Source of the DNA: Callorhinchus milii
Taxonomy: Eukaryota
Length of the DNA stretch: 64,000 bases
NCBI RefSeq assembly: GCF_018977255.1
Contig: NW_024704743.1
Span: forward strand, 27,034,001-27,098,000
Direction: 5' to 3'
Part shown: positions 49,691 through 63,923 of the stretch, in pieces
Layout of the letters: each line of letters begins with the position of its first letter
Numbering within the stretch: position 1 is the stretch's first letter
Position numbers and translations under genes: made by a program
The notes under the pieces: model-generated
Told to the model about the DNA's origin: nothing
The model's input: only the letters and a program-made list of their open reading frames with translations
Databases searched by the model: none

Positions 49691-52194
49691 CCCAAGTTTC
49701 AGTGAATTGATGAGATAGGGAGAAATTATTTTCACTGATCAGTGAGTCAGTAACTAGAGGACATCAATTTAGAATAGTTAGTATATGGAATGCCCTGCTG
49801 AGAATGGTGGTTGAGGAAAAATCCATATTGCCCTTGAAGAAGGAACTAGATAGATAACTTAAGGAGAGTCAGCTATAGGGGCATGGGGAAATGGCAAGTA
49901 AATGGGACACAAAGGATTTTTCTTGAGAGAACCGGCACATATACAATGGGCTATAAATTTCTATGATTTTAAGAAGTCCTCACGATATTGCTAAGTGACT
50001 GGAGTTTTGTTTATGGCATCATCTAATGCTTTTGATATATTACTGCATTGAATAAGATGTCAGCCTATGTATTATGTTGCATATAACACCCTCCTCTTTG
50101 TTATATTACTTGATTACATGCATTTGCCTTTGTTACAACCACTTACATCCAGCAATGATTTATACCAGTTGTGCTTCACATCACTGAGCAGCTCTTAAGG
50201 AATGTAAAACAAAACTCTCAAAAGTAATTTTTATAAGAACTCATAACACAAATCATGTTCTTCGGGTGCAATATTACTGTACATGGTACAATATTAGGAT
50301 ATTACTTGTTGCCTTCCAAATCTCTTGATTGTGACATGCCTTATAACTGCCACTTAGTTATTTGTTTTTGTATTGCCACCTAAGCTTTAGTATTCATAAA
50401 GCGTAATACTGCATTACTTTAGTGGCTTAAAAATAAAATTATGGGACAAGAGATGATTGTGGTTTTCTTGGGAGAGGGGAAGAAAGCTTCATAAACTACT
50501 GGTCAATTAAGAATTTGGTCTATATTAAGCTCTTTTGATTTGGTTTTCTTTACTTTATCATAGTCATTTTGATTTTTTTTCTTTAATTTGTCCTGGTGAT
50601 TGTGATGCTTTTCCAATCTTGAGTACTGAGTGCCAACATTCAGCCTTATCAAATGGAGAGTAATATTCCCTCCACAGTGCGATTTAATTTCAGCCTCAAA
50701 TAAACGCTGAAACCAAACATGAACGTGGTACCTTTCCTCACTAGTCAGTTTTTCTGGCTTTTCCATTCCGTAATACACATCTGTATATGTGACATAGAAT
50801 GGAACACACTTGAGAAATGTGTCACATCTAATACAATTGGACCCTAGAATAAATTTTCACTTCTATATTGCCTCTTAGCGGATCATAGTATTTGTATCGG
50901 AGGCGAGTGTATGTAGCAGCTTCCACATTTTTCTATTGACCCAGCTCATAGCTCAAGTCAAAGATAAGAAGTAATTCTCTTTACACTCCAATGTTTTGTC
51001 CAAATGGCTGGGCGACACACAGTAAGTGGAATCTGATAAGAGAACTGTACAAAATACATATTCACTACACTTTGCAGGGTATTCTGTGAAGGGGTTTGAG
51101 ATAATGTGACAACCTGACAAGGTGTTATATAAAATGTAAGGATTATTTACCTTTTTAAGAATTGGATTGAGACGAAATACACAGTCACTGCGATTTACAG
51201 TAATCCCTGTGTAGCATTTTGAGATGTTGCAATGATGTAATACTGTGCTATATCAAATGCAAGTGTTGTTACAACAGACCCATTCCTGCCATAACAAGAC
51301 TGTAATTGTTTCTTTCTCGCTAACATTTGTGGATGGGCCATTGGTCATGATTACCTTAAGGAGAAATGGTGGTAATCACTTGTGTTAAACAATAAATTGA
51401 ACGCTCATAACAGCTGCTTCTTCCAGAATTCCAGTGAGAACAGACTTAGTGAAAGAGAAATATGGTATTGTATCCGAGGTTATATCAGGAGTGCTGAGTG
51501 CATATGGGATAATGGATAGCTGGCACTGAGATACATGACAGTAATTGAATTGAGGAATTCTCTTGATGTCACAAAACGTGAAAACAAAGCTTGAGCGTTT
51601 TTCAATTTCATCAGTTATATATTTTGGGGAATGTTTGTATTTATTACAAAAGCTGATCTCAGCTACCATTTGTGGTTGTGCTGCTTTTAACCCATAGAGG
51701 AGTGTGCTTGCAAATGGTAAAGGTGGGAATATTTATATCAAATAGATGAAGCAAAGTCCATAATGTACCTCACAAGAGCAGCCTTGTGGAGGAGGAAGCA
51801 GGTCAGAGCCGGTGTGAAAAAGCAAAAATGTATCCCAAGAATGCACCAATTATTTTATGACGCTGGGTTTTTCTCTTTAGGTAAGAAAGCAATTTGAACA
51901 AAAATGTTCCCACTGAACTTCATTTTTCCAGAATTACTTGACAAATGTTTTTTCTTCCAATTCCAGCTCCACTTATGAAGCTGGAAAGAAAACTTTCAGA
52001 TATGCTGAGGCAGCAGATCAAGAGGATGGTGTTCAAAATAGCAAAGAGGAATTTCAGGACAGACAGCAGGAAGTATTTCTTTATCCAGAGGATAATTGAC
52101 AACTGGAAAAGCTTAGCAGGAAGGATAGTTGAGGCTAGGAGGCTGGATTCATTTACAAAAAAAAATCATAGGCCTGAAATACTGGTAGCCAAAT

Positions 52195-52845
52195 ACAATA
52201 CAAAATTACATTTGTATAGCGCCTTTCATGTGGGAGGATGTCCCAAGGCATTGGACAGTCAGGAATTGGACCCAAGCTGGGGGTTAGGATCAGGCAAGGA
52301 GGGTAGGAGGGTGGCTGAAGGAGGAGGAGTGTCTTGAGACGTGCCTTGGAGAAGGCAAGGGAGGAAGCGAGGCGAAAGGAATGTGGGATGGAGTTCGAAA
52401 GGGCGGGGACAGAGAGGCTGAAGGTCCAACCGGCGATGGTGGGACGGGACGGGCGGGGAACATAGTGCAGGCCGGAGCCCGCTGAGCGGAGGGAGTGGAC
52501 AGGTTGATATGGAGTCAGCAGGTCACAGAAGTAGAAAGGAACAAGACTGTGGAGGGCTTTGAAAGCAAGGATGAGGATTTTGAACTCTATCCTCTGGGGG
52601 ATGGGGAGCCAGTGGAGCTGGGTGAGGGTGGGGGTGATAGGGCTTAAAGCCTGGTGCGGGAGAGGTCACAAGCTGCAGAGTTTGGGGTGATTTGCTGCTT
52701 GTGGAGGGAAGAGTTGGAAAGCAGGGAGTTGGCAGTCAAGCCTAGATGTGATAAATGAGTGGATGAGTGTTTCTGTGGCCTGAGGGGTGAGGCAATGGCA
52801 GAGCCTGGCAATGTTGCGGAGGTGTGAGAAGACAGAGAAGGTCAT
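52195..52845 (-). mobile_element. L2 LINE 3' fragment
   Basis: HLRNIARLCHCLTPQATETLIHSFITSRLD, with a tail at about 52200. Confidence 0.9.
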
Positions 52846-53699
52846 GGCACAACTTTTGAAAGGATTAATAATTACAAGGCATTTTTTGCACCTGTTCATT
52901 AGCACTCAAATATTCTGGGAGAAGCACACATTTTCCCTATACAGAGGTATCTGGTGATTCAGTTGGTAGTGTCTTGTGACTCTGAACTCACAGTCTAGAC
53001 TCATACTCTGATGCACTTAAATGAGTTTCCCCAGTGTGCTAGCCAGCAATGCCTCGAAAATAAAACTGGTCATTCACTTCACAATTGTTTGTGGGTTATT
53101 GTGGGCCCAAATTGGCTGCCACATCCCCCACCAAAATTCACAGTCACTACACTTTAAGTGAATTCCTGTGAAGCACCTGGAGACATCTTCCTCTCCAAGT
53201 AAATGTGAAAGGTAACTCAGAAATAAAATCGCTGATCCATAAATTTCAGTAGAATTCCAGTTAGCCACACACCAATTATTTACAAGTCAATTTATTCTCC
53301 TCAGACTGAATCAGAAATTGATGTGAGGTGGCTAAACTGGCAACAAAAAGTTATGCCATGTGCTTGAGATTGTTATGGACACATCCACAATTCTTAGTAG
53401 CATTGCTTTCATGCACATAACTCTTTATTTGTTATATTATATTGATAATAATTTTGTACAGTTTAGAGCTAAAGAAAGGTAGAAATGGATCGATATGGAG
53501 TTAGAAAGCCTCAGTGCGAGGCAGAATGATAAACAGGCAGTGATAAAGACGGTCAGGCGGAGAAAGAGAACCAAAGAAGACAGAAAGATAATGAGAGGAA
53601 GAGAGGGAGGGAAGCAGAGAAAGAGATGCACTGAGAAGGTGCAGAGAGAACAACAGAAAGAGAGAGAAAGACGGGTACAATTTAGGACTTCATTCACTA

Positions 53700-53893
53700 T
53701 AATAATAATCTGTCCAAAAAACAAATTTGGTCACTCAATCCATGACTACTTGTGGGACAATGCTGTGTGCAATTGGCTGCTGCATTTTGCCCACAAACGA
53801 CAGTCATTCCACTTCACAATATATTCTGTGAAGCGCTTTGAGATGTCTCGACGATGAGATAAGGCACTATACCAACTGCAAGGATTATTATTA
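53700..53893 (+). mobile_element. SINE 3' portion
   Basis: Matches 11215-11410. Confidence 0.8.
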
Positions 53894-55034
53894 GTTAGTG
53901 CTGTAGCTATGTAACGCTTTGTGTTGCCGGATGTCCATCTATCCTTATTGTTTGCTTATCAGGAATGGGCATGTCCTAATTAGAGCAGATAATTGGCTAG
54001 CTACTGTATTAGATCATAATAAACCTATTCTGAATCTTTTTGTACCTTGCAGTTTACTAGAAAAATATTAAGAAAATCTGTGAGATTTAATAAATGTGAT
54101 CCATAAAGGAAACAAATGAAATTTACATCACACTGCCAATATGTTGAGAAGATATTGCTTGCAGTTATATGCACACAGAGGCACCAAATCACATTATCTT
54201 TCTGGACACATGTGAATTAAAATTACTTTTGCATTATCTTACAATATAGAATAATGCTCTTTCTCCCTTTAGAAGTGATTGGCATTGAATTTTAAAATAC
54301 AAAGGACAATAACCATGTTCTTGATGTGATCGACTGAGGACTGAGCACAGCAGAACTCAAAGTGTTAGGGTCACTGAGTGAAATTTAGTTATAATCACTT
54401 CATATTCTGAATCCAATATTCTGCACATTCCACTAAATGTTCGTAAGCCAACTAACAGCACTTCATGGCAAGATAAGGACATTATCTCAAGTGCTGCTGT
54501 ACGGAAAGGAAGGCAATTCAGCTTCTTTTAAAGTAAAAAAGAATATTCTTATCTTATCATGAAACCATGGGACGTGCAACATCAGCATATTGCATGTAAT
54601 GAAGAATAAATCAGACATTTTCTTCCCATGACTGAGTTAAGGGGAGGAAAAAGAAAAGGCTTTGTTTTACTGATTTGGGTGATGTGCAGTGAGAGCTGAT
54701 GGCTGAGAAGCTGACTTTTGGAATGATGATTTCACAGCTGTAATGCAATTGTCACGTGCAGCAACGACTCAGTTTTGTTTGTCTGCCTTTGACCACCTCA
54801 GATGACATTACTCATTATGCAATTAAATATCAGCTTTCAGTGCCTGAACATATATCGCAACACACACCGTAAACATATTGTAGGGTGTTAGCTTTCTCCT
54901 ATAGTGGAACTTTGAAACTCCATTTCTTGTGTTATACTTTTGATATTGTATCATTTCATAAAATTATGCTTTTTTTTCATTTGAAAGACAAAAAAAGATC
55001 AATATTCCTGTGATCTTACAGTGGGTAAGAAAGA

Positions 55035-55430
55035 ATTACAACTTGTTATGGTCCATAATCTCATGGGAACTTCTCAAAGTGCTTCATTGCTATCAAGTAT
55101 AATAACTGTGTTTTGTCTGCAATTTGCACCACATAGTTCCCACAAACAGCCTTATTGTGAATGACTAATTTTATATGGAAGACTGAAGGCCTGGATTCTG
55201 AGAAAAACGGTCTTCTCTTCTCAAATAGTGTAATGTGATCTTTAACATCCACTTTAACAGCAAACATGATCTTAGTTTAACATGTCATATGAAGTTCAGG
55301 ATCTCCGATAATGCAGCACATCCCCAGCCCTGCAGTAGTGTCAGACTAGTCTGTGAACTCGTGTTCCAGAGTGATGCTTGAAACAACTATTTTTTGACCC
55401 AGAGGCAAGAGTGCTACAAAGTGAGCCTCG
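55035..55430 (-). mobile_element. Decayed near full-length DeuSINE-type SINE
   Basis: Collinear with 19255-19686. Confidence 0.65.
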
Positions 55431-58400
55431 GTAAATTGATTGGGGTGTGTGATACTAAGTCAAATAGATAAGAAGGCCCCTGATGCAGTTCCTTGTTTGT
55501 TTAGTCATTGATGTCTCATATGAATGAATAATGTCATGGAGGTCCACTGACTTTAAACAGAATTGATATCACTATGATTTGTGATCCAAAACATCCCTTC
55601 ATATTATGATTCTCCAACTGAACAACACTCCCTTCTGCTGGAGGGATCCAAATTTGGGATTCTTGAATTTTAAGATCAGAACGAATCTACGTGTAATTAC
55701 AAAACATTTAATCACATAGAATTGTGAGAATATGGTCCCAAAGACCATAGACGCAGAATTGATTGGGTGTTTAAAAGGGGATAGATAGATATTTTGGAAA
55801 ATGGTATTCAGAAATATGGTTAAAGGCAGGGAAATGTGATTGATAGATCATCCATGATCCAATATAATACTATAGCACAAAAGTGATGGGGTGAATGACT
55901 TCCTTCTGTTGCTATGCTATAACTGAGAAGAAGCTCACTTCATTCAGTGGAAGTAACCACATGTTTTCCTTTTTCAGACTAGGTTGTATGCTACAGTACC
56001 TCTATCCATATTTGTCAGTTGAGAGGTCTTGCATGGGTTTCAGTTGGCTACAGAGAGTAAATTCTCAGGAGTTTGCTCTTACTGAGGTTATGTATGATCT
56101 CCAGTATGCAAGCACCAGTTACATGAGGTGCATATTCTCGGAGGTATCTTTTCAGCTAAGCTACAAAGTCCTAGTTGAGTGACACAGTAGTAGATATTTA
56201 GCTGAAAAGTGTAAGACCTACTCCAATATTCTCTTAATGCAATCCTAATTTAAGTAAACTTAATTAGAAATTTCTCTTTTGATTCCTGAAAATAACACAA
56301 TACATCCAGAGATTATTACAGTCCACAATTAAAATGTTCAATCAGATGAAGCTTTAACAAACAGAAACAAATTGCATTTACATAGCTCCTTTTACATTGG
56401 GAGGACGTCTCAAGTTGCTGGACACTTGAGGGTTTGCAATCAACAGTTCATCCTGTTTACCCTGTGGAATGGATTCCACTTCCTCAGCAAAAACACTTGA
56501 ATAGTTGCGCGTACCCAATTTCCCAAAGTGAATTGGGAAATTGAGGTGAATTAAGTGTCATTTCATGATGCGTCAATATCATATTTATCACTGTGAAATC
56601 ACTAATTTCATCCCATTGCTTTCTGACTGTGAACCTTCCCCACTGTCAGAGGAAGGTTCCTCCTGACCATTGATGGAAACACTGTTCTACTGGATTGTAA
56701 ATGAGCTGTGGAAGCTCAGTCTGCCCAGAGTACCATAAATGATGCTGGAATGGTTGTGGTGAGGAACATTTAGATGCACTGGCAACAGTGTTGAAGCCTT
56801 CAGAGGAGCCATGAAAAACACCTCTCCAGGGAACAGTTCAGCTTAAAAATTGGGTGCTCTAGGCAACAAAGTGAAACAGGTATTTATCTCCATCAAGACA
56901 AACTGTTTCTGAATAAATTAGTAGATCTTATTTTATTAAATTTGTAATAGGTGCATAGTATTTTAGTGTCACTTGTTTTCCCCCACAAGAAACCCAAATC
57001 ACACATGCTTAGTAAACTCTCAGACTGCAAACTAGTTTCTATTCGTACAGCACTTTATTTCTGTTTTCCTTTGCAGAATAATTGTGCCCATTTATGTTAA
57101 TCAGTATTCAGTTCAAACAGTAGTAACTGGAAAGAAAAAATGATTAGGCAGGGACAATATAAATATTTTACAATGGACACACTCAACATGTTTGCAATGT
57201 TATAAATTTTCCCTCGTACAAGTAAACTGGAAACCCTGTTTCTGTACAGGCTAGTTTCAGGCAGTGTTTTTTTTATTCTGTATAAATAATATGTACATGT
57301 GAGTGAGTTACAAGGCCGTAATTCTATTGAATAGTTTAACTGTTGACATAAATATTGATGAATATTATCTGTAATGACTGTCTCAAACTCCCTCCGAGAT
57401 ATTAATTATTTTATTATAATCTAGATTGTTTTCTAAGTATAAGAATCAAATCACGTTTCTTGTCAGGGTTTGCTTCAGACTATCTAATGAGCTGAAGCTA
57501 CTGAAGATAGGTGTCAGTTCTGTGTTAACATGCGACAAAAGAGTGAGTCATTTACATTCCTCATGCCTTCCGAAAATATACCCTGCATGTTATATATATG
57601 CAATGTATTGTTATTGTAATCTACCAACAGGTGGAGTCTGACAAAATGCTTTGGAGTAAAGCAATTATTTGTAATAAGAGCTGATTAAACACAATACATA
57701 TAAGTAAAGCAACATCTGTTTTGTATGGCTGTAGTCTAAAGATTGCATTGTGGTTTAAATGATTAAATGCATTGGCAATAGTTATAGGCCTTCCTGGTGT
57801 GATTACTACAGTAATAGCATAAGGATATGTGTGTAACAACGGCTGATGCTGTATTACTTGGAAAAATGATATCATCACATGATGGGTGTTACACTGTACT
57901 ATAATGACAGGTCTAATTTTTGGCAAATCATGACTGGAGGTGTTATTATCAACTCTGAGTTTGAAATAAAAAACACCCTCTCAGAATCCAAAATGCTCCA
58001 CGCTGACTCCGATCTGCTTCCAGAGCAAGTGTTGTCATGATTTCTAGCAGGATTCCCAATTTGCATCTCGGAATAAATATTAATAACAACAATCTAAATT
58101 AGACACTTTTGTTGGTTTAATAAGCAGACTTGTGGATAGTTATTAAAGGAATCAAGGTTAAAATGATGTGTATGATATAGTGAGGCAGTAATGAAAAATG
58201 TGATTTTCAGTTCAGAGTGCCATAACTATCTGATCTTCATTGGTGGCATTGAATGATGAGAAACCAGACTTTTTAAGGCTACCGAGGAACCATGCGGTCT
58301 AATCCATGGTATTTCTTAAAAGATTTCTCGCTAAGAGACAGAAACTCAAACTAAGCCACATGTAATTGCTAAAAGTCTAAAATATTGGATGTGCTGAAGA

Positions 58401-58514
58401 AGGCAGCCATGTAATTAGACATGGTTGTGCTGAAATGTGTTCAGTGTGTTGCTTTTAGATGTGTTCCAGTTTCAATGAATGCAGTCAGAGATACACTCTG
58501 AAGTCATGTCAGGT

Positions 58515-60530
58515 ACAACAATAAAATTACATTTGTGTAATGCATTTCACATCGAAGGATGTCCCAAGGTGCTGGACCATCAGTGTTTCGGACCCCATCT
58601 GGGGGTCGGGATCAGGGTGGATGGAGAGTAGGGCAGGGAAGGAGGGTGACCGAAGGCACAGTCAAAAGGAGGGTCTTGATATGGGTCTTTAAGGAAGCAA
58701 GGGAGGGGGCAAGGTGGAGGAACTGTGCGATGGACTTCCAGAGGGTGGGGGCAGAGTGGTAGAAGGCCCGCTTGCCAATTGTGGGGCAAGCGAGGCAGGG
58801 GATGTGAAGCAGGCTGTAGCCCAGTGAGCATAGGGAGCGGGCAAGTTGGTAGGGGGTTAGAAGGTTGCAGAGGTAGGGGGGAGAAAGACCATGGAAGGCT
58901 TTGAAAGTGAGGACCAGGATCTTTAACTGAATCCCCTGTGTGATGGAAGCCAATGGAGTCCGGTGAGAATGGTGGTGATAGGGTTGTGGAGCCTGGTACA
59001 GGAGAGGACATGGCCTGTAGCGCTCTGGATGATCTGCAGCCTATGGAGGAAGGAGTAGGAGAGGCTGACAAGCAGGGAGTTTGTGTAGTTGAGCCTGGAT
59101 GTCATGAATGTGTGTATGAAGTTCTCGATGGCCTGCGGTGTAGACAGTGGCAGAGCCGAGCAATGCTGCCCGGCACGGATGTAGGATAGAAAAGATATTT
59201 GAGGGTCAAACAAGTTGCCAAGGTTCTGGACTAGCTTAGTGGGGTGGAGTGTGCATCCTTGGTTAGTGATAATGTTAGTGCCTCAGTGCTTCAGTTGTAG
59301 AAAATTAGCTCTCATCCAGGACTTGATGTCTGACAGACATTCTGTCAGGACAGCAGTGGCCCTGGAGTCAAGGGTGGAGGCAGAGAGATAGAGTTGGGTG
59401 TCATCTGCAAACATGGGGAAATTGACTCCATGTCTGTGGATGGTGTCATCAAGTGGGAGATATAGATATTGAAAAGGAAGGGAGCAAGGGCAGAGCCCTG
59501 AGGAACTCCATGGGGGCTAGAGGAGAAGCTGTTTGTGGCGATGTGGTTGAGACAGTAATGAGAGGTAGGATCTGAACCATTCATGGACAGAACCATGCAG
59601 GTTGAGGTGAGAGGAGAGGTGGTGGAGGAGGATACAGTGGTCAGTGGTATCGAAGGCAACAGAGACGTCAAGGAGGATGAGGAGGCAGAGGAGCCTGGTT
59701 GCAGATGGCCAAAATGCCATTTCTCACTTTGGCCAAAGCTATTTCTGTGCTGTGGGTGGCATGGAAACCCGATTGGAGGGTTTTGTGAAGGAAGTGGCGG
59801 GAGAGGAAGGAGTAAAGCTAGGAAGCAACGACTTGTTCCAGAACTTTGGAAAGGAAAGGGAGGTTAGAGATGGGGCACTAGTTTGAGAGCAGGGAAGGGT
59901 CCACGGAGAGTTTTTTTTAAGGATAAGTGTGATGATGGCCATCTTTAGAGGGTTAGGAACAGTGCCAGTGGATAGGGAGAGGTGTATGATGTCTGTGAGT
60001 AGGGGGGCAAGGAGATGGAGCTAGGAGGTAAGGAGACAGGTAGGGATGAGTTTGAGGGAGCAGGTGGTTGGTTTCATGTGGGTTATGTTGGTGATGAGAG
60101 GGGAGGGGTACAAGTTCGAAGGTGTGCAGGGGTTTATGGGTAGGGACCGGGGTGTAAAAAGGAGATTGGGAGGGGGTAGTGATCAGCAGGGCAGAGGCAG
60201 CTGAGCGGATCCCCTCAACTTTAAATTCGAGGAAGCCCAGCATCTCCTTGCATTTGACGTTGGAGAAGAGGATGGTGAGGAATGAAAGGGTGGGTGGAGG
60301 AGCCTGTTAGCGATGGAGAAGAAGAGTGTTATACTTTGCTTCCAAGATTGTCTTGGAATAGAAGGATGATTTAGCTGAAGCGAGGGTGGAATGGTAAGAT
60401 TTGATAAGGTCTAGCCAGATCTGTTGATGGACTGTTAAGTTGGATTTGAGAATGGTGTGTTCAGCGGTCCGCACCTGAGCCTTAAAGGAACGGAAGTGGC
60501 TGGTGTACCAGGGTGGTTAACGGAAGGTAA
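58515..60530 (-). mobile_element. Decayed 2-kb L2 LINE
   Basis: [40 protein letters not shown] and STLWKSI, with many frameshifts. Confidence 0.92.
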
Positions 60531-61269
60531 CGGAAAGCATTCAGAAATTGTAAGAAGGCTTTAGATTTAATTCTCGGTCATTTCATCAAACGTCTTGTAT
60601 TGAAGTTGCTTAAAATAACATTGTTGCAGCAATATCTAGACTATCTGCAGACCATCTGTAACAATCCTCTCATAGCCGTGTTTTTGTAAGCTAAGCCAGA
60701 ATCCCACACTCAAATGCCAACAAGTGCAACGGTGGCCATATTGGCTTCTGGCCCAAACATTGTGCCAAAGTTCAGTCAAGATCACATCACCAGTGATAAT
60801 TTTCGTATTGTGCCGCAACTTTTCAACCACTATATTTGGTACACAATCATTTGAACCTAAAGCTAGTGATAAGACAATATTAAGTTACTTTTATATACCC
60901 TCCTCAACACCACCCCTTCTCTTGTCCTAAAGACTTGGAATCATGTAGGGCTCTGGTTCCATGACACTTAATGCTCTTCAGTACCTAGTCAAGTGGACTC
61001 ATTCCATTCGGCATCTACACAGTGAGGATTGTACTAAAGTTTTCTTTTGTTCAAACGGATCAACACAACCTTAGCCTGTTCTTCTTGTCATCCAACATCA
61101 ATGCATATAATTTTTCAGCATAAAAATGGAAAATTATTATTTCTAATAATGAGAAACTGAAATCCCAAAAGTTAGGAAACAGATTGGCTTTCTGGTTCCA
61201 TTACAGCAAAGCCTTCACCGTCTGATTTACTACACAATACAAAAACATGAAACCCTGCGGGTTTAACCC

Positions 61270-62300
61270 TTCCACTGCTCCTCAATATCTGTATGCTCCC
61301 TCTTAGTGACATCATCCGCAGACATATATGCGGATGCCACCCAACTCTATCTCACTGCCTCCACCCTTGACTCCAGGACCACTGCTGTCCTGACAGAATG
61401 TTTGTCGGACCTCAAGTCCTGGATGAGAGCTAACTTTCTTCAGTTGAATGTGAACAAGACCAAGACTTTCCTGATTGGCTCCCGTCAGCGCCTCCTCACT
61501 TCAGGCACTGACAGCATCACCATCCATGGTTGCACACTCCGCCTTACTAAGCCAGTCCAGAACCTGGGGGTCTTGTTTGACCCACAATTGTCCTTTCTAT
61601 CCCACATCTGTGTCATAACTGACTCTGCCTTACCCCACCTCCGCAACATCACCCGCCTCCACCACTGTCTCGCACTGCAGGCCACCGAAACTCTCATACA
61701 TGCCTTCATTACATCGAAGCTCGACTATGCAAACTCATTGCTTGTCGGCCTCTCGAACTCCTCCCTACACAGGCTGCAGAACATTCAGAACTCTGCAGCT
61801 CATGTCCTCTCCCACACTAGGCTCTGCGACCCTATCACCCCCATACTTGTCCAACTCCACTGGCTTCCCATCACACAGAGAATACAGTTCAAGATCCTGA
61901 TCTTCACCTTCAAAGCCCTCCACGGTCTTGCTCCCCCCTACCCCTCCAACCTCCTAACCCTCTACCATCCTGTTCACTCCTTCCACTCAGCAGGCTCCGG
62001 CCTGCTTCACGTCCCCTGCCTCGCTCACCCCACTATTGGAGGGCAGGCCTTCCCCCACTCTTTCCCCACCCTCTGGAACTCCATCCCGCGGTCCCTCCGC
62101 CTTGCCCACTCCCTTGCCTCCTTCAAGACCCATTTTAAGACCCTCCTCTTCGACCGAGCTTTCAATCTGCCTGCTTCCCCCCCTGCCTTCCTCCCAACCC
62201 CACCCTGACCCCCAGCTCGGGTCCTTAACTCTGTCTGTCTAGTGCCTTGGGATGTCCTCCCGACGTGAAAGGCACTATGCAAATGTAATTTTGTTGTTGT
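61270..62300 (+). mobile_element. L2 LINE 3' 1 kb
   Basis: ORF 61306..62208 reads YADATQLY...KLDYANSLL...LHWLPITQRIQFKIL...LWNSIP, followed by the tail. Confidence 0.93.
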
Positions 62301-62520
62301 TCCAGTGTCATGGATACACATATTCACGCAGATTGTCTTGAGCTAGATTGTTGGGCTGAAATAAATAAAATAAATTAATTGGCCACACAGTTTGCAGTCC
62401 AAGGGTACCAAGGGTGTCTTCATATTCACCTGAGCTGACATTGTTTTTCAAGGCCTTGCTGCAATGATTCAAAATACTGCCCTAACTATTGGTCATAAAA
62501 TTGCACAACTATCTGGTCAA

Positions 62521-62782
62521 CAACAACAACAACAAGATTCCATTTATAAAGCGCCTTTCACGTCAGGAGGACGTCCCAAGGCGCTGCACAGTTGGGTCAT
62601 GACCCGAGCAGGGGGGAGATGGTCAGGGTGAGGGGAGGGAAGGGAGGGAGCGAGGAGGGGGGAAATGGTCAGGGTGAGGGAAGGGAGGGAGCAAGGAGGT
62701 GGAAATGGTCAGGGTGAGGGGAGGGAAGGGAGGGAGCGAGGAGGGGGAAGAGAGTCGAGAGGGGAGCTGAAGGCACGGTCAA
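62521..62782 (-). mobile_element. Young L2 3' UTR copy, near-identical to 5612-5830
   Basis: Same tail and UTR. GGTCAA occurs at 62515-62520 and 62777-62782. Confidence 0.92.
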
Positions 62783-63897
62783 GAGGTTTTTAGCAAGACA
62801 AAGGCTAATTATATGCTAATTTGTGTACAATTGGCCACAAAACCTTATTGCTCACTTGTTGTCAGACTTCAGCTATAATTGCTAAGCTATGCCTTGTTCC
62901 CTACTTCTACCTGATGTGAATGTATTGCCAGAGAAGCAACTTTTACAGTTTGCTCAATGAGGCAAGTCCACCTTTAGAACAGTCAAAAGCAAAATAATTG
63001 TTTCCCGAGTGCTGAATTGGGAAGAAACCCTTCTCATAGTCAGAAGTCCGACCGTGTGATAAACACTGTCAGCAACAGCACATGGATGAAAGGTCACTGG
63101 CTACAGAGCTGGGGGAGAATGTATAAAAGTATTGGAGGCTCTGAGTCAGTGAGGACAACATAAGTTATGGATGTGGCTTATGTTATTTAAAGACTGTGTA
63201 CACTCACTTTCTTGATGATGGGGACTTAAATGAATAACCTCTCCAATGGCATCCTGATCCTTTCTGATTCAGAGGCAAGAATGCCACCAACTAAGCCAGG
63301 CTGACACGAATCCTCTTCAACTCAATTCTTTCCCGTGTATCTATATAACTTTCTCCCCTTGAATATCTCAAGGTTGAAAGGACATTACCTTAGTGAACTA
63401 TGTGGCTCCATTTATATTTTAATAGAAATATTATCAAAATATGACAGTACTTCTGCCTTCTGAGTTTCCAGAATCTCTTCTATTTGATTGCTATTGTGCA
63501 GAACAGAGCATGGTCTGCTCAGGGCCTTAGATTCATAAGATTGCAGCTTGCTCTTACCAGAGCAAAGTCAGAAGAAAGGATTTAAAATTTTGTAGCCCAA
63601 TTAAAGCATTGCTGCCTTTTTTTCCCTTCCATTTATCACCATGGCAATGGCAGTTACCAAATCAGGACATCCAGTTAGTGTGAAAATGAGAGTCATTTAG
63701 GTTAATTGATCTCCCCACTGAGAGAGCAGAACCTTTGTAGCTATTCCTTTTTATTTACCTTCTGCCTCACCGTTACCTTACCCATGTAGAGTACATACAT
63801 GCTGGTTAAGTTTCTATTTTAACCTGAAAATGCTGTGAAGCCCATAAGATTGGTTATTAATTTGAATACAAATAATAATAATGTACACCTTATCAAA

Positions 63898-63923
63898 CAT
63901 ATATAAATATATATATATATATA
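63898..63923. repeat. (TA)n microsatellite
   Basis: atatatatatatatat run. Confidence 0.85.

Noticed and set aside
55978..56182. Strong + strand acceptor with an open frame (LGCMLQYLYPY...)
   Set aside because: The donor is unconvincing and the peptide is unrecognised.
60636..60930. Overlapping short ORFs on both strands
   Set aside because: No recognisable motif and no consistent splice sites.
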